Assembly (NCBI GenBank): GCA_016219705.1
Contig: JACRKQ010000024.1
Coordinates: 479 to 64,478 of the forward strand
DNA length: 64,000 nucleotides
Reading direction: 5' to 3'
Origin: Candidatus Saganbacteria bacterium
GTDB lineage: Bacteria > Margulisbacteria > WOR-1 > O2-12-FULL-45-9
Shown here: in pieces, positions 18,640 through 28,122 of the stretch
Layout of the letters: each line of letters opens with the position of its first letter
Numbering within the stretch: the stretch's first letter is position 1
Translations under genes and position numbers: made by a program
Notes under the pieces: generated by a model
Told to the model about the DNA's origin: nothing
Databases searched by the model: none
What the model saw: only the letters and a program-made list of their open reading frames with translations

Positions 18640-18946
18640 GGCGCATTTTTACTCCATGATCGTAACCTAATAAATGCAGAACCCCATGTATGACCAAACG
18701 TTTCACTTCTGTTTTGTAACTTACCCCATACTTTTTGGCATTACGTTTTGTCGTTTCGGTCGAAATCACCAGGTCGCCAAGAATGCCATCTTCGTCCATC
18801 AAAAAAGACAAGACATCGGTCGGCTTATCTTTTTTGCGAAAGCGCCGGTTCAACCCTCTCATTTCCTCATCAGAAACAAAAGACAGATTTATTGTACCTT
18901 TTCCCTTTTCTCTGGTCAAAATATTTTTCATCAAACGATCAAACAA
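18611..18946 (-). CDS. ybeY: rRNA maturation endoribonuclease YbeY (short form)
   Basis: HGVLHLLGYDH zinc motif and PTDVLSF. The ORF cannot extend beyond 111 aa because of a stop at 18950-18952. Confidence 0.85.
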   Translation of the reverse strand: MFDRLMKNILTREKGKGTINLSFVSDEEMRGLNRRFRKKDKPTDVLSFLMDEDGILGDLVISTETTKRNAKKYGVSYKTEVKRLVIHGVLHLLGYDHGVKMRHAEKIYQKF

Positions 18947-20195
18947 TTTTTATCTCCGCGCCCAAAGCCATTAATTTTTTTTGTAAATTCTCATAGCCCC
19001 GCTCAACATGATGGTCACGGTCCTCAATTTGCGTTTCTCCCTTGGCCGCCAAGCCGGCAATGATCAAGGCCGCTCCCGCCCGTAAATCAGAGACCTTGAC
19101 CGGCGCGCTGGACAGGAAGGGCACTCCGGTTATAATAGCACTTTGGCCTTCCAGCTTAATGTCTGCTCCCATCCGCTTCAATTCATTGACAAAAATAAAT
19201 CGGTTTTCAAAGACTGTTTCCGTCACGACCGAGGTCCCCTGAGCCAGCGCCAGTAAAGCGCAAAATTGCTGTTGCATGTCAGTCGGAAACCCAGGATAAG
19301 GGAGTGTCTTAACATCCGTTGCTTTAATCCCATTGCGGACAGAAATTGTCAGCCAATCCGACCCAATATCGATGAGCAAGCCGGCCTCTTTTAATTTAAC
19401 AATTGTCGCCTCAAGATGATCGGGGATAATATTCTTGAGCAATAAATTGCCCCCCGTAGCTGCAGCTACCACCATAAAAGTTCCCGCTTCAATCCGGTCA
19501 GGGATAATACGATATTCAACCGGATTGAGAGAGCGCACCCCTTGAATATGAACCTCTTCCGTCCCGGCCCCGGTGATTTTGGCTCCTGCCCGATTTAAGA
19601 ACCCAGCCAGGTCACTGACTTCCGGCTCACGGGCGGCATTTTCAATGATTGTCTCGCCTTCTGCCAAGGTTGCCGCCATCATCACCGTTTCCGTTGCTCC
19701 AACTGAAGGAAAATCAATATAGACTTTTGTGCCAATTAATTTTCTGGCGCTGACAATGACAAAACCATGTTCCATTTCTACCCTGGCGCCCAAAGCCTCC
19801 AAACCTTTAAGATGCAAATTCACCGGACGTGAACCAATCGCACAACCACCGGGCAGCGGCACTTTGGCCAAACCTTTGCGGGCCAGGATGGGGCCAATAA
19901 TAAAAAACGAAGCCCGCATCTTGGTCACCAGTTCGTAGGGAGCGACATGGCGGACATCTTCGTTCCATATCTCCACCGTGTTGGGCTGAGAGGCGGAATA
20001 TTCTGCTCGCAAACCCAATGCCCGCAACACCCTAAGCATCGTTTTGACGTCGAGTAAATTAGGGGTATTACGGATAACAGTTTTTCCCGGCAGAAGAATC
20101 GCTGCTGCTAAAATTGCCAGCGCAGAATTTTTTGCTCCCGAGATTTTCACTTCACCATTCAAGGGCTGGCCACCGACCACAACAATTTTCCTCAC
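18939..20195 (-). CDS. murA: UDP-N-acetylglucosamine 1-carboxyvinyltransferase
   Basis: ISGAKNSALAILAA, the active-site GGCAIGSRPV and a full-length 418 aa. Confidence 0.96.
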   Translation of the reverse strand: MRKIVVVGGQPLNGEVKISGAKNSALAILAAAILLPGKTVIRNTPNLLDVKTMLRVLRALGLRAEYSASQPNTVEIWNEDVRHVAPYELVTKMRASFFIIGPILARKGLAKVPLPGGCAIGSRPVNLHLKGLEALGARVEMEHGFVIVSARKLIGTKVYIDFPSVGATETVMMAATLAEGETIIENAAREPEVSDLAGFLNRAGAKITGAGTEEVHIQGVRSLNPVEYRIIPDRIEAGTFMVVAAATGGNLLLKNIIPDHLEATIVKLKEAGLLIDIGSDWLTISVRNGIKATDVKTLPYPGFPTDMQQQFCALLALAQGTSVVTETVFENRFIFVNELKRMGADIKLEGQSAIITGVPFLSSAPVKVSDLRAGAALIIAGLAAKGETQIEDRDHHVERGYENLQKKLMALGAEIKIV

Positions 20196-21358
20196 TGTTT
20201 CACCGTTTTTCTGGCCACAAATTCCGCCGGTTTACTGTTAGCCCGGCCAAAGCGATAAAGAATGACTCGAATAATCCGCTCGGCCGCCAGTCCATCTCCA
20301 TAAGGATTGACCGCCTGCGACATCCTGTCATAGGCCGCCCTGTCAGTCAATAATTCATTGGCTTCAGAAAAAATCAATTTATCATCTGCGCCTACCAGTT
20401 TTACCGTCCCCGCCGTCACAGCCTCAGGACGTTCTGTCTTTTCCCTCATAACCAGGACTGGTTTACCCAGTGCCGGGGCCTCCTCCTGAACTCCTCCGGA
20501 ATCTGTCAAAATAATGTAAGCTGCCTTCATCAAATGGACAAACGGTTCATAATCAAGAGGCTCCACCAGTTTTATATTTGCTACCTTGCCTAAAAGTTTT
20601 TTAATAACATCGCGCACTTGAGGATTGCGATGAACGGGTAAAACAATTTCGATTGAGGCAACGTGCACCTGTGCCAGTTGCAAAAGTGCGTGGCAGATAT
20701 TTTCCAGCGGCGGGCCAAGATTTTCCCGGCGATGGCAGGTTACCAGCACCAATTTCCTGGTCGGGTCCAATTGTATCCCGGTTTTGGCCAAGTCATAATC
20801 CATCTCGGCAGTCATCAATAAAGCATCGATGACGCTATTCCCCGTCAGGAAAATTGTTTCCCGGGAAACTTTTTCGGCTACAAGATTATCCACCGACGTT
20901 TGGGTCGGGGCGAAATGGAGATCAGCCAGAGCCGTCAGCAATTTTCGATTAATTTCTTCGGGATATGGTTGCCACTTATCGAAAGTTCGCAAACCGGCCT
21001 CAACATGACCAATATGGACTTTTTGGTAGAACGCAGCTAACCCCGCCGCAAAGGCGGTTGAAGTATCGCCTTGCACCAGCAACATATCAGGTTTTTCCCG
21101 CTCAATTATTTTCGTCAAACCTGTTAACGTCCGGTTGACAATATCACTTAGCGTCTGGTTATCGCTCATAATTTCCAGATCATATTTTGGCTTGATAGCA
21201 AAAAGCCGCAGCACCTGGTCAAGCATTTGACGATGCTGGCCGGTCACTACAATTATCGGATTAAGATGATCGGGCTGTTTTTGGCAGGCCATAATTACCG
21301 GGACCATTTTGATCGCTTCCGGCCGGGTACCAAAGACAAACATTAGCTTCTTCTTCAT
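20192..21358 (-). CDS. wecB: UDP-N-acetylglucosamine 2-epimerase (non-hydrolysing)
   Basis: FGTRPEAIKM, VTGQH, HVEAGLRT and DSGGVQEEAP motifs. Confidence 0.92.
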   Translation of the reverse strand: MKKKLMFVFGTRPEAIKMVPVIMACQKQPDHLNPIIVVTGQHRQMLDQVLRLFAIKPKYDLEIMSDNQTLSDIVNRTLTGLTKIIEREKPDMLLVQGDTSTAFAAGLAAFYQKVHIGHVEAGLRTFDKWQPYPEEINRKLLTALADLHFAPTQTSVDNLVAEKVSRETIFLTGNSVIDALLMTAEMDYDLAKTGIQLDPTRKLVLVTCHRRENLGPPLENICHALLQLAQVHVASIEIVLPVHRNPQVRDVIKKLLGKVANIKLVEPLDYEPFVHLMKAAYIILTDSGGVQEEAPALGKPVLVMREKTERPEAVTAGTVKLVGADDKLIFSEANELLTDRAAYDRMSQAVNPYGDGLAAERIIRVILYRFGRANSKPAEFVARKTVKQ

Positions 21359-22302
21359 AGCGCCATGACCAATGCGGCCAAACTTAAAATAAAACAGACA
21401 ATGTAGATGGCAAAAACTGCTTCCCGCTGGTTAAAACCCGCCCGCAACAACATATGATGAATATGTTTATTATCAGCTTCAAAAGGATTTTTCCCTGCCT
21501 GCAAACGTCTAACGATAGCAAAGAGCGTGTCAAAGATCGGCACGCCTAAAACCAGGATGGGCACAAACAGCGCCACTACCAGTGTTGTTTTAAAAACCCC
21601 AACAATGGAAGCCACCGCCAGGACAAACCCCAAAAACATCGAGCCGGAATCGCCCAGAAAAATCTTCGCCGGGAAAAAATTATAACGGATGAAACCCAGC
21701 GCCGTTCCCGCCAGCGCCAACATTAAGATAGCGGCGCTCAACTGATGTGTTCTCACTGCTACAAAAAACAAGCTGAAGGCGGAGATGGCCGTCACCCCTG
21801 CCGCCAGGCCATCTAAACCATCAATTAAATTGATGGCATTGGTCAAGCCGACCACCCAAAACAAAGTCAGCGGAATAGCCAGAAAACCAATGGCTAAAAT
21901 ACCATTAAAAGGGTTGGAGACAAAAGAAATTTCCAGGCCAAAACCAATCAAGAGTATGGCGGCGGCAATTTGCCAAAAAAGTTTTGTCAGCGGCCGCAAG
22001 GGCCTGATATCATCCCAAATTCCCGCCAACACCAGCAATGTCCCCCCTAGTGTGATCCCCAGCCCAACTTTAGGGTTAAGATTAATGCCAAAAAATCCCG
22101 CCAAAAAATAGGCGCAGCTTATGGCAATGATAAAACCGGCCCAGATGGCCACCCCCCCCAGCCGCGGGATTGGGAAAGCGTGAATTTTACGGTCACCGGG
22201 GAGATCAACAGCATTGATCTTAACGGCAATTTTTTTGATTATGGGGGTGACAAAGTAGGTGATAAGAAAAGCCAGCAAAAACGTCAAGAAGTATATGACC
22301 AT
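21355..22302 (-). CDS. Polyprenyl-phosphate N-acetylhexosamine-1-phosphate transferase (WecA/TagO/MraY family, GT4)
   Basis: Multi-TM protein with NLIDGLDGLA and LGDSGSMFLG motifs. Confidence 0.88.
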   Translation of the reverse strand: MVIYFLTFLLAFLITYFVTPIIKKIAVKINAVDLPGDRKIHAFPIPRLGGVAIWAGFIIAISCAYFLAGFFGINLNPKVGLGITLGGTLLVLAGIWDDIRPLRPLTKLFWQIAAAILLIGFGLEISFVSNPFNGILAIGFLAIPLTLFWVVGLTNAINLIDGLDGLAAGVTAISAFSLFFVAVRTHQLSAAILMLALAGTALGFIRYNFFPAKIFLGDSGSMFLGFVLAVASIVGVFKTTLVVALFVPILVLGVPIFDTLFAIVRRLQAGKNPFEADNKHIHHMLLRAGFNQREAVFAIYIVCFILSLAALVMAL

Positions 22303-22383
22303 TACGGGATTTTATTTTATCATAGTTGAAAAACAAAATAAAGTGCTATAATATCTCCCATCATGATATCATAAAAGCAGCGT

Positions 22384-22460
22384 GGTGGTTGTAGCTCAGT
22401 TGGTTAGAGCATCAGATTGTGGATCTGAGGGTCGTGGGTTCAAATCCCATCAGCCACCCA
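22384..22460 (+). tRNA. tRNA-His (anticodon GTG)
   Basis: Hand-folded cloverleaf: genome-encoded G-1, acceptor GTGGTTG/CAGCCAC, D arm GCTC..GAGC, anticodon stem TCAGA/TCTGA with loop TTGTGGA, T arm GTGGG-TTCAAAT-CCCAT. Confidence 0.9.
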
Positions 22461-22866
22461 TTTTTTCCTGTGCGGCTAAATAGACGACATCATGTTCCCG
22501 CACTTTGTCCTTAACTTTTATCCCGATATCCTCGCCTTTTGTCGCTTGCGCTAAGCTTTCGTGTTCTATCTGGATCGAGTCAACCGGCTGGGTAAAATCT
22601 GTCGTGTGTCCCTTAATATGTACAATATCCCCAACCTTAAGCGGCGCAGTCAACTTTATTGCCGCCACAGACAGATGACCAAAAAAATGGTCGACTTTGC
22701 CTAGCTGCTTTTCTTTTGGCCTTTTAATCTTCAGCGCCTTTTGCCCTTTCAACGCCTTATGGGTCTTTACGGGCCTTTTTTTCTTCACAACTTTTCCCGA
22801 TTTCTTTTTGATTACAATTTTTTTTGTTTTTTTAACGTTTTTAACTTTTTTTACCATGTTTATCAC
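22450..22866 (-). CDS. EF-Tu domain-II-like beta-barrel protein with a Lys-rich N-terminal tail
   Basis: The C-terminal ~85 aa (GKVDHFF...LKVGDIVHIKGHTTDF...IQIEH...GEDIGIKV) resemble the small 'translation elongation factor-like' proteins. The N-terminal ~55 aa are K/V/R-rich. Confidence 0.6.
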   Translation of the reverse strand: MINMVKKVKNVKKTKKIVIKKKSGKVVKKKRPVKTHKALKGQKALKIKRPKEKQLGKVDHFFGHLSVAAIKLTAPLKVGDIVHIKGHTTDFTQPVDSIQIEHESLAQATKGEDIGIKVKDKVREHDVVYLAAQEKMGG

Positions 22867-22893
22867 CCCTCGTTTTGGCTATTTTAACACTTA

Positions 22894-23484
22894 TCAAAAT
22901 AATTTTGCAACCCGATTCGTTAAGTTCTTGGGGCTAGAATTATTATCAATCACTACGTCAGCTAAATCCAAATATTTTTTTTGTCCCGGTTGCGCTTTTA
23001 TGCGCTGCCAGGCTTTCTTTTTTTTCACTCCTTTTTTCAATAGCCGCCGCAAGCGATTAGCTAAAGTCGCTCTCACCAGCCAAACCTCACTGACATCATC
23101 CAGCAAACCAATTTCTTGGAGCAGCGCTGCATTGACGACAATGAGGGAAGCGGCGGGAGCCTCTTCTTTTGATTTTTTAATCAGCTCCAGGATCGCTGTT
23201 TTCAGATAAGGATGCGCGATTGCATTAAGCCTCTGCCGCTTAACAGGATCGGCAAAAACGATATCGGCCAATTTCCTGCGGTTGATTATTCCGCCACGCT
23301 CAAGGATGCGAGAGCCAAAAGCCGCCACAAGTTTTTGCCAAACCATTGATTGAGGAATATAAATGGCATGGGCTATCTTATCAGCGTCAATGACAATTGC
23401 CCCGCGACGCTGTAAAATTTTAGCGACAGTATCTTTACCGGCGGCAATTGGTCCAGTCAACCCTATGATTTTAACCGCAGACAT
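22894..23484 (-). CDS. coaE: Dephospho-CoA kinase
   Basis: IIGLTGPIAAGKDT P-loop. Length and overall pattern match CoaE. Confidence 0.88.
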   Translation of the reverse strand: MSAVKIIGLTGPIAAGKDTVAKILQRRGAIVIDADKIAHAIYIPQSMVWQKLVAAFGSRILERGGIINRRKLADIVFADPVKRQRLNAIAHPYLKTAILELIKKSKEEAPAASLIVVNAALLQEIGLLDDVSEVWLVRATLANRLRRLLKKGVKKKKAWQRIKAQPGQKKYLDLADVVIDNNSSPKNLTNRVAKLF

Positions 23485-23520
23485 AATTGTAAGTGTTTAT
23501 TATATCACCGAAATTCTACC

Positions 23521-23550
23521 TTGACAAAAAACTAGAGAATAAAATACAAT
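23521..23550 (+). promoter_or_regulatory. Sigma70-like promoter candidate (TTGACA-N18-TACAAT)
   Basis: TTGACA at 23521-23526 and TACAAT at 23545-23550. The -10 element overlaps the first ATG (23549), so the second ATG (23558) could be a leaderless start. Confidence 0.3.
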
Positions 23551-25480
23551 GCCCTTAATGAAGTCTAGCGCTGTCGGGGTTCTGTTTTTTGCCGCTTTAT
23601 TTTTACTAAGCACCAGTAGCGCTGCCGCTGTCATCACTGGCTCTGATTTTCCTTACGGCCGTTTCCAATTACGCACCCCGCCCCAGGAAAACCCTTTCCC
23701 CGGACTGGGGAGTTATTATGCGACATTATCCGACGGGATCTCAACTGTCATGTGGAATCCGGCTTCCCTGGGAAAACTTAAAACTGCCCAACTGAATTTT
23801 GCCGCCTTTAATGAGCTTGCCCCTGGTGCTTTTTCCTATAAATATCAGACAAAAGATACCCAGCAAAGCCTTGGCTCTTCGAATAACATGAGTATCGGAC
23901 TTTATGTCACCCCGGATATTAATGTGACTAACGCCGCCACGCGGGAACATACCGCCCATGCCAGTTATCGGACACAAAGCAGCGGGCTTAATTTTCGGCA
24001 AGGGTTGAGGATCAACGACTGGTTGAGCCTCGGCGCGATTGAAAGAGGCGACAGCGGCGCGGCCATTGATCTGTCAGGCTCTTCAACTATCGTCAGTAAA
24101 TTCACGACTAATTTTCTCAACTCTTCAATAAGCTTCGGCAGTCGTTTAACGGTTACTGTCGATAATTCTGGTTTTGCCAGCATTCTCGTGACGCCGGAAG
24201 CCGGTCTGACTTACACCAGCAATTTAACAGAAAAGATTTGGCGCGGTTTCACTCAACAAAATTCCACCGTCCCTTTTACTTCACTGCTTGAAGCCCGAAA
24301 CGACGTTTCTTTGAGCGCGCCGTACACATTAGCCGGAGCGGCAAATTACGGTAAATTCTGCTTCGGCGCCGCTTTTACCCCAATTACGGCCAGCGCCAAC
24401 ATTAATAATAATGTAAAAATTATAATTAATGAGGGGACCAAAGATATGTTTTTATACCTTCCTAACATTGATCCTAATGACGAACAGAGCTTTCTTAATT
24501 GGGTCGATAATCCTAATCAATATGCTACGGAACTTGGCTATCGCAAAAATACTGTCAGAGTTCCGGCCGGAGAGACCATTGCTGAAGCAAGATACAAGGG
24601 CTTTTACCAGGCCAGCACGGCGCGTCTCGATCTTGGCGGCACTTATGACTTTGGCGAGGCTATGACTGTTGGTTTAGCGCTGGAGAATATTGGCGGCGCA
24701 GCCCTCGATTTTCGCGGCGCCGGCCGCGTGGCTTACGCTAATTCCCGCATCGGGACGCTGGAAGCGCCGTCTCTTGATCTCACCCAAACTTTTAACTGGT
24801 CGCCATTTAAAGAAACCTTCGTTCCGATCAGCGGTTCAGAAAATATGTCCCTGGAAGAACAGCTTAATGGCCCCCTGCCCAAACGAACACGTCTCGGATT
24901 TGTCCTCCATAAACCATTTTTGATCGCCATAGATTATGAAACGAATCAAACACCGATAAGATATAAATACAAAGATGAAACAACGCAATTAACCACAGTT
25001 GGTGAAATTAGCAATCTCAATTTTTTACGCGCCGGTTTAGAATCCAGTTTATTTGGGCTCCCTTGTCTCTTGCGCACAAATTTCATTTTTATGCTTAAGC
25101 CAACCTTAACGAATTTTCCGGCCGATATACAAAGTCAGGTTAACAGCTTATTTAAATATAAGGTCTTGCTGGCGCCAGTCGGTTTTGATCTGGGAACGGA
25201 GTTAAATTTGCAAGGGACTATTATTGGGGCTAGCGGTGGATATAACGCCACGTCGCTCCTCTCCCTGGCACAATTGGATTCCCTGAATGTCGACTTGGGA
25301 AAAATTTCATATTACAATATCTATGGCAGTCGCGGACCCTGGCGCGTAAGTTATCTGGCCGCTTTTGACGCCGGCTCGACCGGCCTGGCGTACGCCAATC
25401 GCGCCGATAAAAGCGCAAAAAATTTCGACCTATCTATTTTAAGATATGTGCAAACTTTGACTGTGGGGTATGCTTTTTAA
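23549..25480 (+). CDS. Secreted outer-membrane beta-barrel-like protein (643 aa), PorV-like N-terminal motif
   Basis: Sec signal peptide (…STSSAAA). GLGSYYATLSDGISTVMWNPASLG motif. Alternating beta-strand-like sequence. C-terminal ...LTVGYAF (terminal Phe). Confidence 0.7.
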   Translation: MPLMKSSAVGVLFFAALFLLSTSSAAAVITGSDFPYGRFQLRTPPQENPFPGLGSYYATLSDGISTVMWNPASLGKLKTAQLNFAAFNELAPGAFSYKYQTKDTQQSLGSSNNMSIGLYVTPDINVTNAATREHTAHASYRTQSSGLNFRQGLRINDWLSLGAIERGDSGAAIDLSGSSTIVSKFTTNFLNSSISFGSRLTVTVDNSGFASILVTPEAGLTYTSNLTEKIWRGFTQQNSTVPFTSLLEARNDVSLSAPYTLAGAANYGKFCFGAAFTPITASANINNNVKIIINEGTKDMFLYLPNIDPNDEQSFLNWVDNPNQYATELGYRKNTVRVPAGETIAEARYKGFYQASTARLDLGGTYDFGEAMTVGLALENIGGAALDFRGAGRVAYANSRIGTLEAPSLDLTQTFNWSPFKETFVPISGSENMSLEEQLNGPLPKRTRLGFVLHKPFLIAIDYETNQTPIRYKYKDETTQLTTVGEISNLNFLRAGLESSLFGLPCLLRTNFIFMLKPTLTNFPADIQSQVNSLFKYKVLLAPVGFDLGTELNLQGTIIGASGGYNATSLLSLAQLDSLNVDLGKISYYNIYGSRGPWRVSYLAAFDAGSTGLAYANRADKSAKNFDLSILRYVQTLTVGYAF

Positions 25481-28122
25481 TGACAAATAATAAAATCCAA
25501 TGCGTTTTGTCACTTATTATTTATTGTTCGATGGTTTCTACTTGTTTTGCCTCTCCCATTATTTCCAATGAAGAATTAGTCTCCGTCGCCGACAATCACA
25601 TCGTCATTACCTGGCAGACAACCAATGAAGCGGCTAACTCCGGCGTCAAATGGGGTTATAGCTCTACGCCTGATAATATTTATGTAACAGATGAAGCCAG
25701 GACCATGGATCATTATCTGGTTTTAACCAACCTCTACCCAAACACTATTTACTATTACAAAGTTTTCAGCTATTCGGCGGCCGGGACGACCGAAAGTGTG
25801 CTGCATTCCGTGACCACGCTAGCGCGACCCAGCGGCAATTATCTTTTCAGTTTCGCCACCCTGACAGATCTTCATTATGCGCCCAATCGCGCCAGTACGA
25901 CGAATGTCCGCGGCCGCCCCTATGCTTCCAGCGAAGCGCTTATCGACGCTCTGGTCAGCAACATTAATCAGCACTCTCCCGCCTTCACTATAATTAAAGG
26001 CGATATGATGGACGTCGGGGTTGACACTCCACTCATCCGGATTGCCCAATTGAAAAGCCGTCTTGATAATTTAACCGGCAGCGGCAGTACAAAATATTAT
26101 CCTATCCCCGGCAATCATGATAAGGGGATAACTTATGATTCTGGCAATAATTGGGTAACCGGCAATCTGGGAGTGCTCTATCCCGCAAAGGCAGGACTAC
26201 CGGCCGGCAATTCTACTTTCAATTATGGTTTTAATTATAGCGGTTATCGCTTCATTCTTCTTGATTCTTCCGTCAGCAACGGGACAACAGCTGAAGTTAA
26301 TATTACTTCGTTGGAAGCGGAATTAACGATCGCCAGGACAGCGGGCCAAAAAGCTTTTATCTTTATGCACCATGAAACGAGTGAGGAATCGGATATCCCT
26401 ATTGATTTTTTTCGTACGGTTTTAGACGAATCAAGCTGGGAAGAGAGTGACTGGAATAAAATTAGATTAATCAACAAAACCGCTTTCATGAGTTCGCTTG
26501 AGGCTTATAAATTAGCTAATGGCGAACCAGTTGCGGCGGGAGTATTTTCGGGACATATCCATGACAACCGCAAACGTGTTTTCAATAATATTCCCTATGT
26601 ACGCACGGCTTCCGGCCTGCAATTTCCCACTGGTTTTAATATTTATAAAGTCTACAGCAACGGTTATATTCAGACTTTCTATAAGCTGCCTGGTTTTTCC
26701 GAAGAAATTGCCCGCGACCTTGTAACCGGCACCGCTGAAATTACCGCCGCCCGCGCCCAGCAATTTTATCTCGGCGGCGCTTCTAGCCGTAATTTCACTT
26801 TCACTTATACCACCAGCACCACCATCGCACCAACAATCGAATCACTTCAACCAGCCAGCGAGAGCAGCAGCGTTGCCTTAAACCAACCTATCATCATTAC
26901 TTTTACTAAAACCATGAGTCGAGAAACAGCTGTCCAGAGCTGGTTAAATATTACAGCCAACAGCACGCCCCTAACTCTAACAAGTTCCGATTGGAGCTGG
27001 AATGCCGCCAGGACAATTTTAACGATCAATAAAACGTTGTCCGCCTCTACAAATTATATCGTCACGATCAGCGGCGGGGCCAGCGGCGCCGTTGCCGCTG
27101 ACAACACCTATTTTAGTTCCGATTACAGTTTTAGTTTTGCCAGCGGCGCTGCACCATCGACAACAGCGCCATTGGCTGTTTTCCACAACATCAAAAATGA
27201 GCAGGGCTCCGTAACCGACGTTACCACTAACTCCAAACCAACATTAACCGGTGTAGCGACCGATGCCAGCGGCTCAACAATCACCGATGTTGAATGCCGC
27301 TATGCCAGCGGTAGTTTCAGCGCCTGGCTCCCGGCCACGCCTCTTGATGGCGCTTTTAATTCATCCCAGGAAGCTTTCTCCTTTACTGTAACCAGTGAAA
27401 TTGTCCGAGGACAGCATGAAATCCAGGTCCGCTCAACTAACGCGGCCGGTCTTACCTCAACCGGATCTTCAACCGCTTATTCTTTTTGGGTCATCAGCAA
27501 TAAACCAGAGCTCACATTGAAAGCTAATGGCACCAGCCTAATTAACGGCGACCCGCTTGATACCTCCCCTTCGCTGGAAATCTCTGTCATTACAGATGTC
27601 ACTCTTGATCAACTTTGGCTAACCATTGATACCGATCGAATTAATCTCAAACCCGCCAGCCCCAGTTTTGTGAATACAATCTTTTATCGCCCCACTCTGG
27701 CCGCGGGGACGCATAACTTGAAAGTCGAGACTGTTGACATAACTGCCAGCGGTGTCAGCCGCGCTAGCACAAAGGAAGCTGTTAATTTATTGGTGCAGAC
27801 TGCCGGCGATCCCAATCTTTTTGGCCCGCCCCTTAATTATCCCAATCCCTTTGATCCCTCATCTCAAAGCACAATCATCAGTTACACGTTATCGAAAGAT
27901 TCTGATATTAACTTAAAAATTTTTGATTTAGGCGGAAATCTTTTGGTTAATCAAAGTTTCACATCAGGCCAGAGCGGCAGCAAAGCCGGTTACAACGAAA
28001 TCACGTGGGATGGCAAGAGCAATGGGAACTTAGTCGGCAACGGTCTTTACCTCTATCTGCTCATTAGCGACGGCAAAGTCCTGCAGAACGGGACCGGGAA
28101 GATTACGGTGTTCAAACTATGA
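25480..28122 (+). CDS. Secreted metallophosphoesterase with FN3/PAP-N-like, Ig-like and T9SS-type (FlgD-Ig/Por_Secre_tail-like) C-terminal domains
   Basis: Signal peptide. Calcineurin-like motifs TDLH, GDMMD, GNHD, MHHE and GHIHDN. The C-terminus LNYPNPFDP...ISYTL...INLKIFDLGGNLL...ITWDGKSNGNLVGNGLYLYLL matches the CTD pattern. 1-nt TAATG overlap with the upstream gene. Confidence 0.8.
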   Translation: MTNNKIQCVLSLIIYCSMVSTCFASPIISNEELVSVADNHIVITWQTTNEAANSGVKWGYSSTPDNIYVTDEARTMDHYLVLTNLYPNTIYYYKVFSYSAAGTTESVLHSVTTLARPSGNYLFSFATLTDLHYAPNRASTTNVRGRPYASSEALIDALVSNINQHSPAFTIIKGDMMDVGVDTPLIRIAQLKSRLDNLTGSGSTKYYPIPGNHDKGITYDSGNNWVTGNLGVLYPAKAGLPAGNSTFNYGFNYSGYRFILLDSSVSNGTTAEVNITSLEAELTIARTAGQKAFIFMHHETSEESDIPIDFFRTVLDESSWEESDWNKIRLINKTAFMSSLEAYKLANGEPVAAGVFSGHIHDNRKRVFNNIPYVRTASGLQFPTGFNIYKVYSNGYIQTFYKLPGFSEEIARDLVTGTAEITAARAQQFYLGGASSRNFTFTYTTSTTIAPTIESLQPASESSSVALNQPIIITFTKTMSRETAVQSWLNITANSTPLTLTSSDWSWNAARTILTINKTLSASTNYIVTISGGASGAVAADNTYFSSDYSFSFASGAAPSTTAPLAVFHNIKNEQGSVTDVTTNSKPTLTGVATDASGSTITDVECRYASGSFSAWLPATPLDGAFNSSQEAFSFTVTSEIVRGQHEIQVRSTNAAGLTSTGSSTAYSFWVISNKPELTLKANGTSLINGDPLDTSPSLEISVITDVTLDQLWLTIDTDRINLKPASPSFVNTIFYRPTLAAGTHNLKVETVDITASGVSRASTKEAVNLLVQTAGDPNLFGPPLNYPNPFDPSSQSTIISYTLSKDSDINLKIFDLGGNLLVNQSFTSGQSGSKAGYNEITWDGKSNGNLVGNGLYLYLLISDGKVLQNGTGKITVFKL

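Noticed and set aside
22790-22860. Runs of T7-T8 on the plus strand as phase-variation tracts.
   Set aside because: They are the antisense of AAA/AAG lysine codons of the K-rich tail. The runs are short (8 nt or fewer) and interrupted. Coding bias explains them.
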